DNA of 64,000 nucleotides, from positions 21,411 to 85,410 of the forward strand of contig DTUF01000037.1 in the NCBI GenBank assembly GCA_012964335.1, in the 5' to 3' direction. The DNA comes from Candidatus Poseidoniales archaeon. GTDB lineage: Archaea; Thermoplasmatota; Poseidoniia; Poseidoniales; Thalassarchaeaceae. The notes under the pieces were generated by a model, which saw only the letters and a list, made by a program, of their open reading frames with translations, had not been told where the DNA came from and did no database searches. Numbering within the stretch: the stretch's first letter is position 1; every line of letters begins with the position of its first letter. Below are positions 37,750 through 46,897 of the stretch, piece after piece. Position numbers and translations under genes: made by a program.

Positions 37750-39324
37750 TCACTGGCCAAGCCATTGTGGCATTGGTCTATCGTAGCCTGCTAAACGAAT
37801 CCCAGTCATATTTGCTGTGTCTGAGTCTAAAGCCCTTAGGTGACGACGATTGAGTTGGTCAATACCATCTTCACCGATTTCTATTAATCTGCCACGGATT
37901 TCAGAATCTAGAGTTGCCAACCACTTCTCAACAACCTCTGCTTTGCCTTTGTCGGTCTTCGGGACATCAGAATTTGCAAACGGGTTGGTGACAATGAATT
38001 GTGCTCCAGCAGCAGCGATTACCAAGGTATCAGTCGCCGCGGCCTCCCAAGGAATCGAAATTCCCTGCGCCACTCCTTTACGGGTCAATTGATGTTCACG
38101 GGCAGACAGGCCAACCATTGGCAGAACTGCACTGGCCGGTAGGTGAGCAGCGGTTGCAGAGTCAGCAATTGCACCATCGCAGTCAAGCGCAGCTGCCATT
38201 CTATGAATCATTGAAATCCGGTCCACAGCTCCACCAAGAAGAATGAACTTTTCATCTGCAAGTTTAGATTTAACCAATGTGATTAGTGCATCTAATTCAG
38301 CATCGTTCATGCGTGGTAAATCATCTAGGCAAATCACCGCGCCTGCAGCCCCACTCAATCCTTCAGTGCAATCGTGAAGATTTGTTTCACTTATCCGTAA
38401 TAAGTCAATCTCTCTTGGATGAGAACTTACTATGCATGGCTGGCGATTTAGGAAATCCCCCTTCAAACCTTTGCCACTATCAAGACGTGGGAGTACTGGT
38501 AAAGGAAGTAACATACCCTTTTCTTCACCTCGTAGTTGTAAGAGGGTTAACAAATCAAGTGGGGCATGTTCGTGAAGTCTAGGGTTACCACCGGAAACAA
38601 TTGTAATCGCATCAAATTGGGAGTCAATCCCTCGTGATGGCATTGAGACATCTGTTGAATATTCAGCATCTGTGATTATCAAAGCGGCATCTGAATCAAT
38701 CTTGAGATTGATTTCTGACAGCATTTCATTGATTTCTGTTAATTTATCACTGCTCAACGCAACACTTGTTGCTCCTTCGCCCGGTGGCGGGCAACGCCCA
38801 TTAACGATGATTTGACCACCTTTCATATTGGTTCCAATATCAGACGCAGCATCTCCCATGATGACGAGAGTACCTCCTTCCATGCCAGCACCGGCTCGTT
38901 TTCCTGCTGAACCACGGACAATCACTAATCCACCAGACATTCCTGCGCCAGCTTCAGCTCCAGATGAGCCATGACAGATGATTTGCCCATCTTGTTGTTT
39001 CATTCCGAGACGAGCCCCACATTGTTGCTCAACAACGAGTTTCGCCCCTCGATTCCATGCGCCAAACCAACCACCTGCTTCACCTTCAAGAGTAAAATTA
39101 CCACCTTCGGCGCAAATTGCGGCTAGATCTCCAATGTTGCCTAGTAAGCGAACTCTCGCCCCAACTGGGAGATGTGAAGCAACACCCATCTCACCATCTC
39201 TGGGTTTGGGGTCATCTCCTCGGCCCCAGCCAATTTTAATCGCTTTGTTTGATTCAAGAGCGCGAATGAGTAGTGAATTTAGCTCACGATTCAACTGAAT
39301 GCTCTTCTCAACCATCTCCCGCAT
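37750..39324 (-). CDS. GXGXG-motif domain protein (glutamate synthase domain 3 / FwdC-like) fused to a degenerate glutamate-synthase FMN-domain-like C-terminal half
   Basis: Beta-helix repeats: GSSGAEAGAGMSGGLVIVRGSAGKRAGAGMEGGTLVIMGDAASDIGTNMKGGQIIVNG. The C-terminal half loosely resembles the Glu_synthase TIM barrel but has no clear GGTGA-type FMN motif. ATG 39324 has a GAGGT motif 6 nt upstream; the track start is GTG 39375. Confidence 0.65.
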   Translation of the reverse strand: MREMVEKSIQLNRELNSLLIRALESNKAIKIGWGRGDDPKPRDGEMGVASHLPVGARVRLLGNIGDLAAICAEGGNFTLEGEAGGWFGAWNRGAKLVVEQQCGARLGMKQQDGQIICHGSSGAEAGAGMSGGLVIVRGSAGKRAGAGMEGGTLVIMGDAASDIGTNMKGGQIIVNGRCPPPGEGATSVALSSDKLTEINEMLSEINLKIDSDAALIITDAEYSTDVSMPSRGIDSQFDAITIVSGGNPRLHEHAPLDLLTLLQLRGEEKGMLLPLPVLPRLDSGKGLKGDFLNRQPCIVSSHPREIDLLRISETNLHDCTEGLSGAAGAVICLDDLPRMNDAELDALITLVKSKLADEKFILLGGAVDRISMIHRMAAALDCDGAIADSATAAHLPASAVLPMVGLSAREHQLTRKGVAQGISIPWEAAATDTLVIAAAGAQFIVTNPFANSDVPKTDKGKAEVVEKWLATLDSEIRGRLIEIGEDGIDQLNRRHLRALDSDTANMTGIRLAGYDRPMPQWLGQ

Positions 39325-39537
39325 AGCACTACCTCTACCCCATTGGATACCACTTTGTTTTTGATGCTGACGCACGAAGTGGTAGGTGATTTTGCTAATT
39401 AACGCCCTTTGGGCGACGGTTCAAACTTCTTCTTATGGAGAAACTTTTGCTTAATGATTTGCTGTTATTTCGCCGTGATGTTCATAGAATAGTGGCTATC
39501 GCAATGGATTGCCGGCAACGGCATGTGTGGTCAGTGG

Positions 39538-40578
39538 ATGTCAAAAATCAAGGTCGCAATCAATGGGTTTGGAACGATTGGTAAGCGTGTGGCTGATGCT
39601 GTTGATGCTCAAGACGACATGGAAATCGTAGGTGTAACAAAGACTGGCCCTTCATTTGGTTGTGATTTAGCAGTCAAGAAGGGATTCCCACTTTATTGTA
39701 CCTTTGACGACGCTGGCAGCATCTCTCGCTTCGCTGACCAAGGTTATGTTTGCTCAGGTGGTCTTTCAGACTTGCTTTCAATCGCAGATGTTGTTGTGGA
39801 TTGTTCACCCGGAAAAACGGGTGCAGAAAATCTAGCCAAATATCAAGCGGCTGGAGTGAAATATATGTTCCAAGGCGGGGAAAAACACGCTCTTACTGGC
39901 CGCTCATATACTAGTTCAGCCAACCACGCAGAGAATCTGAATGTTGAGGGGACACGGGTAGTTTCGTGCAACACAACTGGCCTTTCAAGAACATTAGTTC
40001 CTTTGTATGAGCACTGTGGTTCACTCAAAGTCGAGTGCACCATGATTCGTAGGGCTGCTGACCCTGGTGATTCAGGCAAAGGGCCAATTAATGCAATTAA
40101 ACCGGTTCTCAAAGTGCCAAGTCATCATGGTCCAGATGTGATGACAGTAAAGCCAGAAATTGAAATCAATTCGCTAGCAGTTGCAGTACCGACAACAATC
40201 ATGCACACCCACGCGATAATTGCTGATTTGCCATCAGGTCACGGACTGACGACTGAAAGTATTCTTGACATGTGGAGGGAGACTCCAAGGGTGATTGTTA
40301 TGCATGGTGCAGAAAACAGACTTACCACTACAGCAGAAGTGATGGAAATGGCCCGAGATATTGGTCGAAAGTGGGGCGACTTGCATGAGATTTTCGTGTG
40401 GGAAGATGGTGTTTCTTTACTCGGAGACCGACTGTATTATTTCCAAGCAATTCATCAAGAGAGTGATGTTATTCCAGAAAATGTTGACTGTATCAGAGCA
40501 CTCATGGGGATTGAGGATGATTGGCGAGCAAGTGTTGCAAAAACCGATTCAGCGATTGATACTTACTACAACTTGTAA
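39538..40578 (+). CDS. gap: Type II (archaeal) glyceraldehyde-3-phosphate dehydrogenase
   Basis: Contains MSKIKVAINGFGTIGKRVADAV, the catalytic VSCNTTGL, and SHHGPDV. The length of about 346 aa fits. Confidence 0.9.
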   Translation: MSKIKVAINGFGTIGKRVADAVDAQDDMEIVGVTKTGPSFGCDLAVKKGFPLYCTFDDAGSISRFADQGYVCSGGLSDLLSIADVVVDCSPGKTGAENLAKYQAAGVKYMFQGGEKHALTGRSYTSSANHAENLNVEGTRVVSCNTTGLSRTLVPLYEHCGSLKVECTMIRRAADPGDSGKGPINAIKPVLKVPSHHGPDVMTVKPEIEINSLAVAVPTTIMHTHAIIADLPSGHGLTTESILDMWRETPRVIVMHGAENRLTTTAEVMEMARDIGRKWGDLHEIFVWEDGVSLLGDRLYYFQAIHQESDVIPENVDCIRALMGIEDDWRASVAKTDSAIDTYYNL

Positions 40579-40707
40579 TCAAATCAATCTACTTGCTACT
40601 TTGAACGCAGGTGTGATTTTAGATTAAAATTTCAGATAAATTAAACCGAGCATGAGACGCTCTTAGAGCGTCAACCATCAAAAGGGGTGCATTGAGTCGC
40701 CAAGTCA

Positions 40708-43700
40708 ATGAGTCGAGCGTCAGCACCGTTTCTCCTAGTTTTTCTGATGCTCACCATGTCCTTAGGAAGTCTTTCGAATGGTGGTGTGGGAAATCCTGAA
40801 ACCTCGGTTTCACAACTTAGTGAATCAACTCCGCAATGGACAGCGGAACAGGCCGCTCTACAATGGGATAGCTCTTCTCCAAATGATGGCCCACTTGTCC
40901 CTCTAACCGAATCCTCTCACCAAATTCATACGATTTTGGGTTCTTTTGATCCAACAAGTGAACTGCCGCCGCTTCCACCAGAAGCCTATCGTGACCACTT
41001 TGATATTGACAACACTAGGTTTGCTATCGTGCAACTCGTTGAACACGATTACACCATTTTTGAAGAACTGCTAACTCGTCTCGGTTTAGTTGATTTGGAT
41101 TACATTCCTGATGACTGTTACTTGGTGCGGTTGCCTGCTGACTCTACTGCTGCATTGTCGGCAATAGAAGAATTGTCAAATCATCCATCAATTCGTGCAG
41201 TTGTTGTTCAACATCCTGGATGGAGAATTCACTCGGATTTAATGCAAATTTCTCTTGATGCTTTATCTGGTGTTTCAGGTCCTGCTATTGATGTTGATGT
41301 AACTCCTGCTGGTGACCTTTCAGTTGAACAGATTGGTGAATTAAGGGAACACCTAACTTCAACTGGTGCTGAAGAAGTCCGTTGCGATGCTTGGTTATGT
41401 CAAGTAAAGGGTATTGACCCTGCTTGGATGATAGTCCTTGCTAATGATGGCAGAATCCTATTTTCAGAACCAAGCAGTAATCTTGTTCTTGCTAACGATT
41501 ATGCCCGTAATATTGCTAGAGTTGATGAAGTTGTGAATAATCACAATAGCGGTTTGGATGGCACTGGGGAAGTTGCAGCAATATCTGATTCCGGACTTGA
41601 TTCAGACCATGGAGACTTCACTGGTCGTTTGTTAACAATTTACAATACTTTCGGGCCAGATAATTCTGGTGCAGACACAAATACAGGTCATGGGACTCAT
41701 GTGGCTGGCATCATGCTGGGTGATGGTTCAGGCGACTCAACATACCAAGGAATGGCTCCTGCTACCACCTTCCAATTTTACCAATTGGAACACGACCAAT
41801 CTGGGCAACTAGCTCGGTGGGGCTCGTTATACGATATGTTCCGGCACTCTCGCCAGCAGTCCGCTGGAGTTCACAGCAATTCTTGGGGGGCTGAGAACAT
41901 GGGTGGACAATATACCTCTGATAGCCGGTCCGCCGACGCATTCATGGATGATTACGGTGATTATACCGTTCTCTTCGCAGCAGGTAATGACGGGGCATCG
42001 GGTCAAACCACTGTGTCGCCGCCATCAACTGCCAAGAATGTCCTTACAGTGGGCGCATCAACAACCGGCCGCCCATTCACAGCATCTGTTGGTCAAGTAG
42101 CATCATTCTCCAGCCGAGGAAATACACTTGATGGGCGAATCAAGCCAGATATCGTATCACCTGGTGTGCAGATTTGTTCGGCTAGGGCCGAAGAAGCGCA
42201 GTATCCAGCCGGTCCGTCTTGTTCTAACGCAAGACACGGGAATAACGACCCGATGTACATGAAGGCTGATGGAACATCTGCAGCAACTCCAGTTGCTGCT
42301 GGAGCCACAGTTCTTGTTCGTCAATTCCTCCGCAATTACATGAATCTCAACCAACCTAGAAGTGATCTGGTTAGAGCTATTATAATCAATGGTGCAAAGG
42401 ATATAGGTTCGGCAGATATTCCAAATTCGGATGAAGGATGGGGGCAAATCGATTTACAACGTAGTATCTACCCAACTAGTGGGATTTTGGCACTGAATAC
42501 TTTCTTTGACTATAACCAAACTCTTACTCCTGGATATTCGTACTTGTACACATATGGAATAGATGGTGCTTACGGATTCTCTGTAACCTTAGTGTGGAAC
42601 GACCGTGAAGGTTCATCCTCAGCCAGCCAATCTTCTCCTCGATTGGTCAACAACCTCAATCTACTGGTTACCGCACCAGATGGGATGACTTACAAGGGCA
42701 ATATATTCTCAAACGGTTTCTCAACATCTGGAGGTGCTTATGATTCTCTAAACAATGTGGAGAGGGTAAAGTTTGGAAGTACACAATCAGGCAACTGGAC
42801 AATCCAAGTCTCAAACGCTGGGGGTAATTCACAAGACTATGCTATTGTAATTACCGCGATGGGTAATGAGAACCCGGTTAGCGACTTGGCTACCGTATCC
42901 TCAAGCCTATGGGTGTCTACCAATGAACCATTAGAGAGTGAAACATTGATAATTGGCGCAAATTGGGTCAATCAAGCACCTTCAACAACTGCTCCTTATG
43001 ATGTTAAAGTTGAAGACTTGACTACCGGAGTAATTCTGTATAATGTTTCTAAGAATGGACTGGCAGGAGGGTCGAGTGACTCTCTGGTTTTCACTCACGC
43101 ATTCACTCCAACAGGATTCCATGACCTGCGTCTGACTCTAGATGTTTATGATACGGTAGATGAACCAAATGACTTCACTAGTGGAGTCAATAACAATGTC
43201 TACAATTTACAAATCAATGTCTCTGCTATCGGGGTTAGAATCACCCCGTATACAGAGGCTGGTTCGCCGCCGGTAGGAGAAACTGAATTGGAGGCGGCTA
43301 AGATTCGTCACATTGACCCATCGCTTGATGATTCAATCACATTTAGGCTAAAGATATCAAATGAAGGGACGAGCAATGAGAGTGTTGATTTCAGGGTCAC
43401 GCCCGTTCAACTTCTTCGTAATGATGGGATGCTTGACCCACCTGCAGATGATTGGTTAAAATTCCTTTCAATTCAACCATTCTATCAACTTGATGAAATG
43501 GGTGGGGCGAATAGCGAAATCGTACTTGATTTAACTTTGAGAGACGATACGGCAGACCTCGGAGCGACACCTTACCCATTGTACGCTTTACCAGGCACTT
43601 ATGTGGTGGATTTGACCGCTTGGTATCGTTCATCTCCAGTGGTGTCACACACAGTCAGACTAACCATCATTGTCGATGACATTGATGGGATGATTACCTC

Positions 43701-45504
43701 ACTAGCCGGTGTTTCAGGACTTACAGCTGTCCCAGGGGAAGAGGCGACATTCTCAGTTTCAGTCATGAACCCGGGAAACTCTCCTAGCGTTTACAACATT
43801 AGTTGTGAGACTCCAAACCGATGGACAATTTCTCTGGGGGATGGAAATTCGTCTAGTATCACTCTTGAGCCACTTGCTCGCCTGCAATATCTTTCAGTTG
43901 CAGTAAGAGTGATGGTCCCCTCAATGTCAGGAGGGGAGCCAGCAGCGGGGATTGTTGAGGATATTACCTGTATTACATCGCATGCAACTAATCCAGCCTT
44001 AACCCAAACCGATTCATCAACAGTGACTGTCGCCGTTTTAGAAGAATTTGGCACAGATTTGTATTCATCTAATGGTGTCCCCGTTGGCGCAGCAGGAAAT
44101 GCTCTTGATGAGGCAGTTAATAACGGGCAAGACCTCAATCTCTCACTCATTGTTTCTAATCTTGGTAATGTGCCAATCGCTCTCAATGTGAAAGTAACTC
44201 CATCTAATCCAAATTGGCCACTAGCGCTGTTTTGCAATGACGTTCAAGATGATAATACACTTTCATTTTCAATAGAACGTGGCGAGTCAACAGATTGTAG
44301 AATTCAAGTTATTGTTCCACCAGAGGTCTCAAATGGTGATTCTAATACAATCAACATTAGAATTCAATATTCATTAACAAATTTCATCATCAATAGAACA
44401 GAACTCAAAGTAGAAGAGAGGCCAGAATTAGTTTTGCTAGGCCCACCTCTTGACACAATGAATGTGATTCCTGGAAAAACCGCTTATGGTACTTTCACAA
44501 TCATCAATCAAGGAAATGTCCCCTTAACTCTCACATGGGAATTTGGAAGTGTTCCTGAGGGTTGGCAGGTTGGCTTCAAGACCCCACCTACCGATGCCCT
44601 TGGAATTCATAGGGAAGAGGCAGTACAAATCTCTATTCTTTTGCCATCAGGTACACCAACCGGATTACTTAGTGATTCACTAACCCTGTTAGTCACCGGT
44701 ACTACTCCTGGCGGCGAAGAACTGGCTCGTAGTGTGATGGTTTCTCTAATCGGAGAAAAGAGTGCTTGGTTATCATTATCAACCGATATTGATGATTTTG
44801 AACGGGTTGAGAAAGGCGGTGAAAGGACGGTCAATATGACTATCAAAAATGATGGCAATACCGCATGTAAGGTTGACTTCGAAATGCTTGCGAATGATGG
44901 CTGGATAGTCTCAGGGTTGACAACGATTCAGAACCTTGACGCAGGAGATTCTAAAGTACTTGAAATCTTGATTGTAAATGACGACGGTGTTGGTTCAACT
45001 GATTTAGTGATTACAGCAGTTCCAACATCTTCAGCAGGCGCTGAATTGATTAATGGCTCAACTGAAATCCATTTGTCATCAACTTCACTTACCGGAGATG
45101 ACGGTGGCTTACTGAATATCTTGGAGGCAGCCGGAGTACCCGGCTGGGCAGTAGGCTTGGTAGCACTAATTTTCCTTGCTGGTTTAGCGGGTGCAGTGAT
45201 AATGTTGAGGAAAAACTCAAACACATTTGATTCAGGTGAACAAATCATTTCCTCAGGTTCAGAGATACTAGGCAGTGTTGAGCAGCGTAGAGATGCAGCA
45301 CTTGACACTGGAGTTACCAGCGATGACATGGTTTCTGGGACTGTTAGTGCACGGGAGGTTACAGCAGCAATAGCTGCCTCAGGCCCAGGCCCTCTAGCAC
45401 CACCTAAGCCGGCAGGTGGCCCTCCTCCACCAAAAGGTCTACCACCACTTCCCGGTGGTGCCCCGCCCCCACCAACTGGATATGTACCTGATAGGGATAA
45501 ATGA
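40708..45504 (+). CDS. Giant membrane-anchored subtilisin-like serine protease (peptidase S8) with multiple CARDB-like domains and a polyproline cytoplasmic tail
   Basis: Signal peptide: SAPFLLVFLMLTMSLGSL. An I9-like propeptide follows. The catalytic residues are D294 (AISDSGLD, 41587-41589), H328 (GHGTHVAG, 41689-41691) and S524 (DGTSAATP, 42277-42279). A P-domain-like segment reads LVWNDREGS...LVNNLNLLV...NNVERV. Repeated xNxGNxP motifs follow. The TM is WAVGLVALIFLAGLAGAVIML. The tail is GPGPLAPPKPAGGPPPPKGLPPLPGGAPPPPTGYVPDRDK. Confidence 0.9.
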   Translation: MSRASAPFLLVFLMLTMSLGSLSNGGVGNPETSVSQLSESTPQWTAEQAALQWDSSSPNDGPLVPLTESSHQIHTILGSFDPTSELPPLPPEAYRDHFDIDNTRFAIVQLVEHDYTIFEELLTRLGLVDLDYIPDDCYLVRLPADSTAALSAIEELSNHPSIRAVVVQHPGWRIHSDLMQISLDALSGVSGPAIDVDVTPAGDLSVEQIGELREHLTSTGAEEVRCDAWLCQVKGIDPAWMIVLANDGRILFSEPSSNLVLANDYARNIARVDEVVNNHNSGLDGTGEVAAISDSGLDSDHGDFTGRLLTIYNTFGPDNSGADTNTGHGTHVAGIMLGDGSGDSTYQGMAPATTFQFYQLEHDQSGQLARWGSLYDMFRHSRQQSAGVHSNSWGAENMGGQYTSDSRSADAFMDDYGDYTVLFAAGNDGASGQTTVSPPSTAKNVLTVGASTTGRPFTASVGQVASFSSRGNTLDGRIKPDIVSPGVQICSARAEEAQYPAGPSCSNARHGNNDPMYMKADGTSAATPVAAGATVLVRQFLRNYMNLNQPRSDLVRAIIINGAKDIGSADIPNSDEGWGQIDLQRSIYPTSGILALNTFFDYNQTLTPGYSYLYTYGIDGAYGFSVTLVWNDREGSSSASQSSPRLVNNLNLLVTAPDGMTYKGNIFSNGFSTSGGAYDSLNNVERVKFGSTQSGNWTIQVSNAGGNSQDYAIVITAMGNENPVSDLATVSSSLWVSTNEPLESETLIIGANWVNQAPSTTAPYDVKVEDLTTGVILYNVSKNGLAGGSSDSLVFTHAFTPTGFHDLRLTLDVYDTVDEPNDFTSGVNNNVYNLQINVSAIGVRITPYTEAGSPPVGETELEAAKIRHIDPSLDDSITFRLKISNEGTSNESVDFRVTPVQLLRNDGMLDPPADDWLKFLSIQPFYQLDEMGGANSEIVLDLTLRDDTADLGATPYPLYALPGTYVVDLTAWYRSSPVVSHTVRLTIIVDDIDGMITSLAGVSGLTAVPGEEATFSVSVMNPGNSPSVYNISCETPNRWTISLGDGNSSSITLEPLARLQYLSVAVRVMVPSMSGGEPAAGIVEDITCITSHATNPALTQTDSSTVTVAVLEEFGTDLYSSNGVPVGAAGNALDEAVNNGQDLNLSLIVSNLGNVPIALNVKVTPSNPNWPLALFCNDVQDDNTLSFSIERGESTDCRIQVIVPPEVSNGDSNTINIRIQYSLTNFIINRTELKVEERPELVLLGPPLDTMNVIPGKTAYGTFTIINQGNVPLTLTWEFGSVPEGWQVGFKTPPTDALGIHREEAVQISILLPSGTPTGLLSDSLTLLVTGTTPGGEELARSVMVSLIGEKSAWLSLSTDIDDFERVEKGGERTVNMTIKNDGNTACKVDFEMLANDGWIVSGLTTIQNLDAGDSKVLEILIVNDDGVGSTDLVITAVPTSSAGAELINGSTEIHLSSTSLTGDDGGLLNILEAAGVPGWAVGLVALIFLAGLAGAVIMLRKNSNTFDSGEQIISSGSEILGSVEQRRDAALDTGVTSDDMVSGTVSAREVTAAIAASGPGPLAPPKPAGGPPPPKGLPPLPGGAPPPPTGYVPDRDK

Positions 45505-45555
45505 CATCAGTTCACGACCGTCGTGCTTATTGAGAAGGTCTATTTCGCCATTGAT

Positions 45556-46173
45556 ATGAGTCAGTCTATCGTGCTGTTTGGGCCACCCGGTGCAGGCAAA
45601 GGCACGCAAGCCGATGCAATTGTCGAGGCAACAGGAAAACCACAGGTTTCTACTGGTGATATGTTACGAGCTGCTTTAGCGGCTGGAACCACACTCGGTT
45701 TAGAAGCCAAGAAGTACATGGAAGCAGGTGAACTAGTACCAGATGATATCATCATCGGATTGATTGAAGAGAGAATGCAACAAGATGATGCTAGTGAAGG
45801 AGTATTGTTTGATGGCTTCCCAAGAACAATCCCTCAAGCAGAAGCTTTAGCAGAAATCGCAGAAGTTTCTCTGGTGATATCGATAGAAGTACCAGACGAT
45901 GCAATTGTTGGACGGATTGTTGGTAGAAGAATGGACCCTGACACAGGGGATATTTACCATGTAACATTCAAGCCGGCACCAGCCGAAATTGCTGCGCGCC
46001 TCATTCAAAGAAAAGATGACAACGAAGAGGCGGTTAGAACTCGCCTAACAGCATATCATAATCAGACATCACCACTCGCAAAGTGGTATGAAGAAAAAGG
46101 ACTCCTTGCTACAGTCAACGGCAATCAAGCAATGGCTGATGTCGGTGCCGAAATCTCAGCAGTTCTAAACTAA
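45556..46173 (+). CDS. adk: Adenylate kinase (bacterial-type Adk, Cys-less lid)
   Basis: P-loop IVLFGPPGAGKGTQA, plus GDMLR, DGFPRT, and the lid GRRMDPDTGDIYHVTFKP without the zinc Cys. ATG 45556 is preferred over the GTG at 45523. Confidence 0.9.
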   Translation: MSQSIVLFGPPGAGKGTQADAIVEATGKPQVSTGDMLRAALAAGTTLGLEAKKYMEAGELVPDDIIIGLIEERMQQDDASEGVLFDGFPRTIPQAEALAEIAEVSLVISIEVPDDAIVGRIVGRRMDPDTGDIYHVTFKPAPAEIAARLIQRKDDNEEAVRTRLTAYHNQTSPLAKWYEEKGLLATVNGNQAMADVGAEISAVLN

Positions 46174-46189
46174 AAAATTGGGTGATATA

Positions 46190-46522
46190 ATGGGGAAAAG
46201 GGGGCGCGGCCGAAGCGCAAAAGCCAGAAAAATTCGTGCGATGTCCTCGCGAAATCACCTTGAGAATCTACTTCAAGAACCTTGGAACCACCAGGATTCG
46301 TCAGTTGATTCTGCTGCTAAGGAGATACTGAACTTGTCAAAGAAACACCGTTTGGGTTTACCAGACGGAAGAAGGCCTTGGGTATGTCGGTCGTGTAAAA
46401 TCGCACTTAGGCCTGGGGTAAATGCGGGCGTACGTGTGCGCGGGAAAATATTGCGAATCACATGTATTTCGTGTGGCAGGACAAACCGGCGTGGTCCGGA
46501 CTTCGTAAAGGGTGATGAATAA
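46190..46522 (+). CDS. rnp4: RNase P protein component 4 (Rpp21/Rnp4 family)
   Basis: The zinc ribbon pattern CRSCKIALRPGVNAGVRVRGKILRITCISCG is typical of Rpp21. The N-terminus is basic. GGTGA lies 5 nt upstream of ATG 46190. Confidence 0.8.
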   Translation: MGKRGRGRSAKARKIRAMSSRNHLENLLQEPWNHQDSSVDSAAKEILNLSKKHRLGLPDGRRPWVCRSCKIALRPGVNAGVRVRGKILRITCISCGRTNRRGPDFVKGDE

Positions 46523-46788
46523 TGGTTGAAGTTGATAAAAGATTACGAAAAAGGGCTCTAGATCCGACTTTAGAAGTGACAATTAGGGTTGGTAAATCTG
46601 GGTTAACTGACTCGGTTGTCAGCGAACTAAATTCACAGTTAAAGACGCGAACAATGGTCAAGGCAAAACTCAATCGTGGTTTGGCAGATAATTCTGCAGA
46701 CCGCCAAAACCTATGGCAGATGTTAGCTGAACAAACTTCTTCAAAACTAATTCTCATGCGCGGCAATATCGCAGTTTTCTATCGTTAA
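46522..46788 (+). CDS. YhbY/CRS1 (CRM domain) RNA-binding protein
   Basis: 88 aa. LRKRALDPTLEVTIRVGKSGLTDSVVSELNSQLKTRTMVKAKL matches the YhbY pattern (GK.G.t..v..e....L..heLvKvk). The start shares one base with the rnp4 stop (TAATG). Confidence 0.75.
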   Translation: MVEVDKRLRKRALDPTLEVTIRVGKSGLTDSVVSELNSQLKTRTMVKAKLNRGLADNSADRQNLWQMLAEQTSSKLILMRGNIAVFYR

Positions 46789-46897
46789 ATTCTGATTTCT
46801 TCAAATGTCTTTGATATTGATGATGAGTTAATTATTCGCTCGGATTACATCATCCGATGGCGGAGGATTCAACAGCGGTTCGGACCTCCGAGGTACG

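Noticed and set aside
43791-45329. 148-aa and 133-aa minus-strand ORFs inside the S8 protease gene
   Set aside because: They are antisense shadows within a long ORF that has an intact catalytic triad and domain repeats.
45505-45555. In-frame continuity between the protease stop (TGA 45502-45504) and adk, considered as possible read-through
   Set aside because: The spacer is only 17 codons. adk has its own ATG at the family-typical position (MSQSIVLFGPPGAGKGT), and a protease-Adk fusion makes no topological sense. Unlike the 15384-15584 case, the spacer itself has no protein-like motif.
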